Shown here piece after piece: positions 58,380 to 64,000 of a stretch of 64,000 nucleotides of DNA. Made by a program: the position numbers and the translations under genes. Each line of letters starts with the position of its first letter. The stretch's first letter is position 1. The notes under the pieces were generated by a model. It was not told where the DNA came from. It saw only the letters and a program-made list of their open reading frames with translations, and made no database searches. The stretch spans positions 202,864,001-202,928,000 of the forward strand of contig OZ024740.1 of NCBI GenBank assembly GCA_964016885.1. The letters are read 5' to 3'. Origin of the DNA: Eledone cirrhosa. Its lineage: Eukaryota.

Positions 58380-58997
58380 TTAAATAATTGTTTCTACTTT
58401 TGGCACAAGGACAGCAATTATCCAGTGCATTACTGGTACTTTATTTTATCGACCCCGTAAGGATGAAAGGCAAAGTTAACCTCGGCGGGATTTGAACTCA
58501 GACCATAAAGGGCCGTAACTCTTTGCTGCAAAGCATGGCGTCCGACCCTCTACCGATACTGCCACTCCACCTTTTAAATAATGCTTTCTTATATAGGCAC
58601 AAGGCCAGTAATTTGGGGAGAGGGGAAAGTCGATTAAATCGGCCCAGTGCGTGACTGGTACTTTATTTTATCGACCCCATAAGGATGAAAGTAAAGTTAA
58701 CCTCGGCGGGATTTGAGCTCAGATCATAAAGAGCCGTAACTCTATGCTGCAAAGCATGGCGTCCGACCCTCTACCGATACTGCCAATCCACCTTTTAAAT
58801 AATTGTTTCTACTTTTGGCACAAGGCCAGCAAATACCCAGTGCATTACTGGTACTTTATTTTATCGACCCCGTAAGGATGAAAGGCAAAGTTAACCTCAG
58901 CAGGATTTGAACTCAGATCAGAAAGGGGCGTAACTCTTTGCTACAAAGCATGTTGTCCGACCCTCTACCGATACTGCCAAACCACCTTTTAAATAAT
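58380..58997 (-). mobile_element. Three SINEs in series (short-long-short)
   Basis: Each matches the consensus; TTTTAAATAAT occurs at all four junctions. Confidence 0.92.
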
Positions 58998-59089
58998 ATC
59001 GACTGTTCAGAGTTCAATCTCTATGAGAAAATAGAATTCTGTTTTTAGTTCGTCCTTTTGCTAGTTAGAAGTTTTCTTCTGTTTCGTCA

Positions 59090-59683
59090 GGTTCCGGCTT
59101 TGCTGCCACACAATTTTGAATTGAAGAAGGGCGTTGTCATCGTGTTTCGCAGAAACCTCGATCAGCCTAGTTTACGCAATGGGATGCGTATGGTTTTAAT
59201 TGAACCACAGCCTCACGTTATCAAAGTCAAAATCTTCATTGGATGTGATGAAGAAGACATCGTACTTATACTTAGAATATCGCTAATACCAACAGATGTG
59301 CCCTTTCATTTCAAACGATTGCAGTGAGAGCTGTTTCTCACATAGTCACTTGTACGTATGTTGTTCCTGTGTAGGAAGCCCCCATATATACCGCAAAGAA
59401 TAACGTTAAAAACATTGTATATATTGAAGTTCTGTAAATGTTTTGTAATTTTCGTAGAAGACATTTTTCTGTTATTTTCTTTATTACTTTCTCTATAAAT
59501 AAAAATTACTTCCTGTATAAATAAAATTACTTTCTGTATAAATAAAAAAATTTTAATTATGTTATGCAATATTTAAATACCTTTTAAGAACTTCTATTCT
59601 AAAGAAAATGGTCATTAGATAATAGGTAATTTGAATATATTTGAGCACAGTACAGACCGGGTCGAAGGCCGGGTGACAGCTAG
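59090..59683 (+). mobile_element. Helitron 3' fragment: Pif1-type helicase remnant and terminus
   Basis: LLPHNFELKKG..RNLDQPSLRNGMR..RISLIPTDVPFHFKRLQ, then FSHSHLYVCCS; terminal hairpin ACCGGGTCGAAGGCCGGGT followed by CTAG|T. Confidence 0.88.
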
Positions 59684-59728
<45 letters not shown>

Positions 59729-59774
59729 ATGTGTGTGCGCGCGCGTGTGTGTGTGTATGTATATATACTAGTAC

Positions 59775-59887
<113 letters not shown>

Positions 59888-60434
59888 GAGAGAGAGAGAA
59901 GAAGTTTATGAAACGGAAATGCGGGTATAAAGAATTTATTAGGTAACAATTGTTTCTATAGTGTATGGGTTACCTATACCTCGCTATTTGAATAATATAA
60001 AAATATTATCATAAACTGAAGGTACACTGCAAGCAAACACACCATGTCGTCAGACCTTTGTATTGGAATGATATGAAAATATTTTATACACTAGATAAAA
60101 GAGAAAGAAGGAGGTAGGAAGAGAAGGGGCAGAGGGAAGTGAGTAAGGGGGAGGGAGTCCTAGGATTTAAGACTGTCAGACTAGTAGAGATTGTAAGGAG
60201 AGAATGTTTTGGCAGCAGTTAGCTTAATGAGGCGTGTTAGGGTTGGCGGGGGAAGTAAATTCTTCTAGTGGTGTTGTTCGGACAAAATTTAGTTAAAGGG
60301 GTCAAAGTGGTACAGAGTTACAGACAATTTATTGGGGCTATTATAGTAGCAGGCTATTTCTAAAGGGGTCCAGAAAACAGTGTTTAGTACTATTATTATA
60401 GAAAGCCATATCTTGTGTATAAACATATAAAACA

Positions 60435-60522
<88 letters not shown>

Positions 60523-61244
60523 GTACAAACAGATACATATATATAGTTCGTAGAACGAAGCTAGATATATTTTTCAATTGAATGGATCACACACAGAGAC
60601 ACCCATGCCCGCTTAGAGAGTATAAAGAAAAAAATGGGAAATTAAACCTAACACAAACATCCATAGAATTAATAACCGAAGAAAATAGAAAGAACATTTC
60701 CAAAAACAGTATAACTTAGCATATTGAAACTAAAGTGTTCACAGAGCTGGCATTGTGAAAAGCATAAATAATCTGCTATGGCAAAGATCAAAGTATTATA
60801 TTACTTTATTGAGGCTTATATCTAAATAAGAGACAAAGGCACCTCGTAAAATGACGTTTCTAACATCACACAGTTAAACATTACTAGAAATATATAAACC
60901 TATAGCGAATTTGTTATGTTTATGAAAATGCCGCGCGTCAACACATCATATCATACTGCTATAATCATTAACCCAGACTAAAGTAACTATAGTAGCAGTG
61001 ACGTCATCTAAAGGTATATTAAAGCAATTCAGACACGACAATGCTCTTTCTCTTTCCCTTTCTTTGCCTAACGCAAACATGCATACATGGTCTCGTAACA
61101 CCTAAAGGAACGGTAGAGGCGCTATATTGACATACAGCGTTTCTAGGGTATTTTTAAAACTGGCGGAGCTCATCTCTTCTCCAGGTTTGAATACAGCAGA
61201 TTTCTTCCAAAGAAGGGAGGAAGTGAGAAAGAGATATAGAGGAA

Positions 61245-61405
61245 GAATCGACAACAGTACTAGACTGGTATTTTTTCTTAGAGTCTTCGAAAGGATGAAA
61301 TGCAAAGTTGACCTCGGTGGGATTTGAACTCAGAGAAAATATAGTTGAAACGAATACCGCAAAGCACTCTATCCGACGTTCTAACGACTCTACCAATTCG
61401 CTGCC
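61245..61405 (-). mobile_element. Old diverged SINE
   Basis: Degraded consensus (AAGGATGAAATGCAAAGTTGACCTCGG..TTTGAACTC). Confidence 0.7.
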
Positions 61406-61574
61406 TTACAACGCGAACTTACGATCGACAAAAATAGCCAGTTAAACACAGACAGTAGCTGTCTGATTTTTTTAACCTCTCTTCACACATGCATTCAATA
61501 TATTTCATAAATGGAAACTATATCACAACAAAAGCTCACTTTCCTGTTTATAATTTCTGTGAACACTGTGATAT

Positions 61575-61956
61575 AATGGTTTCTTATTTAGGCACAAAGT
61601 GCATTACTGGTGCTTTATTTTACTGACCCCGTAAGGATGGAAGGCAAAGCTAACCTCGGCGAGATTTGAATTCAGAACATAAAGGTTCGTAACTCTATAT
61701 CGCAAAGCATGTTGTCCGACGCTGTACTGATACTGTCAATCCACTGCCCTGTAAAATAATTGTTTCTACTTTAGGCACAAGGCCAGCAATCACCCAGTGC
61801 ATTACTGGTACTTTATTTTATCGACCCCGTAAGGATGAAAGGCAAAGTCAACCTCGGCGGGATTTGAACTCAGATCGTAAAGGGACGTAACTATGCTGGA
61901 AAGCATGGCGTCCGACCCTCTACCGATACTGCCAATCCACCGCCCTGTAAAATAAT
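61575..61956 (-). mobile_element. Older SINE next to a young SINE with TSD
   Basis: TGTAAAATAAT flanks the young copy (61750 and 61946). Confidence 0.88.
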
Positions 61957-64000
61957 ATAGTGTAATATGGTTTTGTTGCGTTCCATAGATAAGTAAATAA
62001 TTAACAGTTTGTCTCCTTGCCACAGTGCATCCAGAATGCCAAATTTCGGAATAAATTCTCTGCAAAGAGAAGTCGTTTATAACTCATTAGATCCGTTTGG
62101 GAAAGCTGCAACTGATGGAGTTAAAACTATTCAAAGAAAGCATCTAATTTTGAAGAAAAATCTTGAATTCTTTTTCTAGCATTTACTGCAAAAATTGTTT
62201 AATTGCCGTGATTTGTGGTAGGCAGAGAGATAAATGTTTTAGATTTGTAAATGTTATCAATTACTTCATGGGGGAGGGGGGGGGGCATACTTAGAGGAGG
62301 GTTGTCACTCTGTGGCACTCTAGACCCAACAAAAAAGACCTTATTTATATTGTGTTATTGTCTATTAGAATTACAGCTCACTAATAACATTATTTGGACT
62401 AACACTGTTCCAAACAGCACTGTGTTTGCTCGTCCAGTTTCGTTGGAACACCAATACGGGATCATTGGCTGACTGATTTTTCAGTCAGAAAAACTGCCAA
62501 AATATATGTTGTCTCATTTTGAATTAGGAAGACAAGGACAATTATGAAATATTCTTGTCTCTAACCAACAATTAGTGAAGGAGAACAAGGTAAGATCTGA
62601 CAGACGGAAGGCACTTGGGATAGATTTAATGTTACACCTAAAAATCTTATTTCTTGATGAGAGAGGCTTCTCATGGGTGGTTATGATTCCATCAAATGTG
62701 TGGTCACAGCTGGGAACTTTTGAATGGAATGGTGGGCAGTGTATTGCGAAACGGAGTGAAATTCCACTTGAAAGTTGGTACAACACATTAAATCATTCCG
62801 GAGCTGCAAGATCTCGCCAGCTTTCGGTAAAAGACACCATTAATATCTTCCGAAGGATGCTTATAATGTCTCATCAGAAAAAAAAAGACTTCGCGCTAAA
62901 AGTCTGTACTGAAACATTCAGTTTCAAAATGTATTTCTTTTTAAGTTTTCCTATATATGCAAAATTACTGCAAAACCTCTATATTATTTCTAAATGTCAA
63001 TTATTGCTCAACATCAAGTCCCTATCACATGGTGACTATTTTAGATGGAGTTGCCTCTCTAATTTCAGGATGTTAGACATGTACTTTTTTTTTCTTTTAT
63101 TTTTCAGCCAGCACAAAGTTTTCTTGATGACAGTGCCAAAAGCACCTGACTACCCTGAATTAGACATTGGGGTAATGAAATGTCTCTAAATATCTATATT
63201 AAACATTTCGGTCCATTTGAGTATCATCAAACAAAAGTGTAGCTTAACACAAAAACACATTATTTTCACGTGGAAATGATCTGTTGCAAGCTCCAAGAAA
63301 GAACATTGAAGTCAGCATAACACTTCAGCTTTTAAGTTCTTTTAACTGAATCTTTGCTTGAAAGTCCACCATAGCCAGAGGATTCTCGAAAGTATTAACT
63401 CTATTCTGTGGAATGGTGTGGAATTTTTAAAATTTTGGTTTTCCGGGGGCTTTCTTAGAGCAAAAAATCGAATAATTTCATTACAACAAACTATTACATT
63501 TCTAAACTTTACCTGGTGTTTGATAGACTTGTTTAGAAAAATTACTCTTTTCAGAAAAATGCCAGTTCAATCTCTGGTTTACTGGCTTTGATATTTTATG
63601 GCCTATTCATTTTGGATGATTTTTCAAGATATTTTGTAGATTTTTGTTAAACTAATTTTTTTCTTTTTTTTTTTTTGGCAAAAGAACTGCAAAACTACTA
63701 ACTTTAAATTATAATAAAATTCTATAGACACAATCTTTTTAGCTGTTTTTTTTTCTTCTTCTCCCTAAAGGTCTTATTCAACAGAAAAATTTCAATAAAG
63801 AATGATAGGATAAACTTCAAATAATGATATTTTCCCACTCTGGGTGCACTGTGCTTGCAGGTCTTTACCGCATACTCCACTCCAAATCACACATCAACAT
63901 ATATGACACACGACCCACACACCGACTAACATTTTTGCTAAATCCCGTATACACTCGTGCAAATATCGAGCCTCCCTCCCACCTGTATTTTGCTGCCAAA

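Noticed and set aside
62575-63189. 204-aa ORF
   Set aside because: No recognisable domain, non-ATG start and no splice evidence.

Overview
This is AT-rich, repeat-saturated animal DNA with no host protein-coding gene that I can support. The tRNA-derived SINE families and microsatellite load resemble octopus/cephalopod genomes; that assignment is inference only. It contains a ~8.9-kb array of a 52-bp satellite (812-9755) that grew inside one copy of a dispersed repeat. It also contains many SINEs, several in serial clusters that share one target-site duplication, and decayed fragments of R4/Dong-like, RTE-like and CRE-like non-LTR retrotransposons, Helitrons and a Merlin/ISXO2 transposase. Most notable is a dense set of Penelope-like element (PLE) remnants, typically fold-back inverted repeats. 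By hand-folding, these carry minimal type I hammerhead ribozymes in at least six unrelated sequence contexts. Three have a compensatory U3:A8 core (UUGANAA); the other three have a mismatched base of stem II. All RNA structures were folded by eye and element boundaries are approximate.
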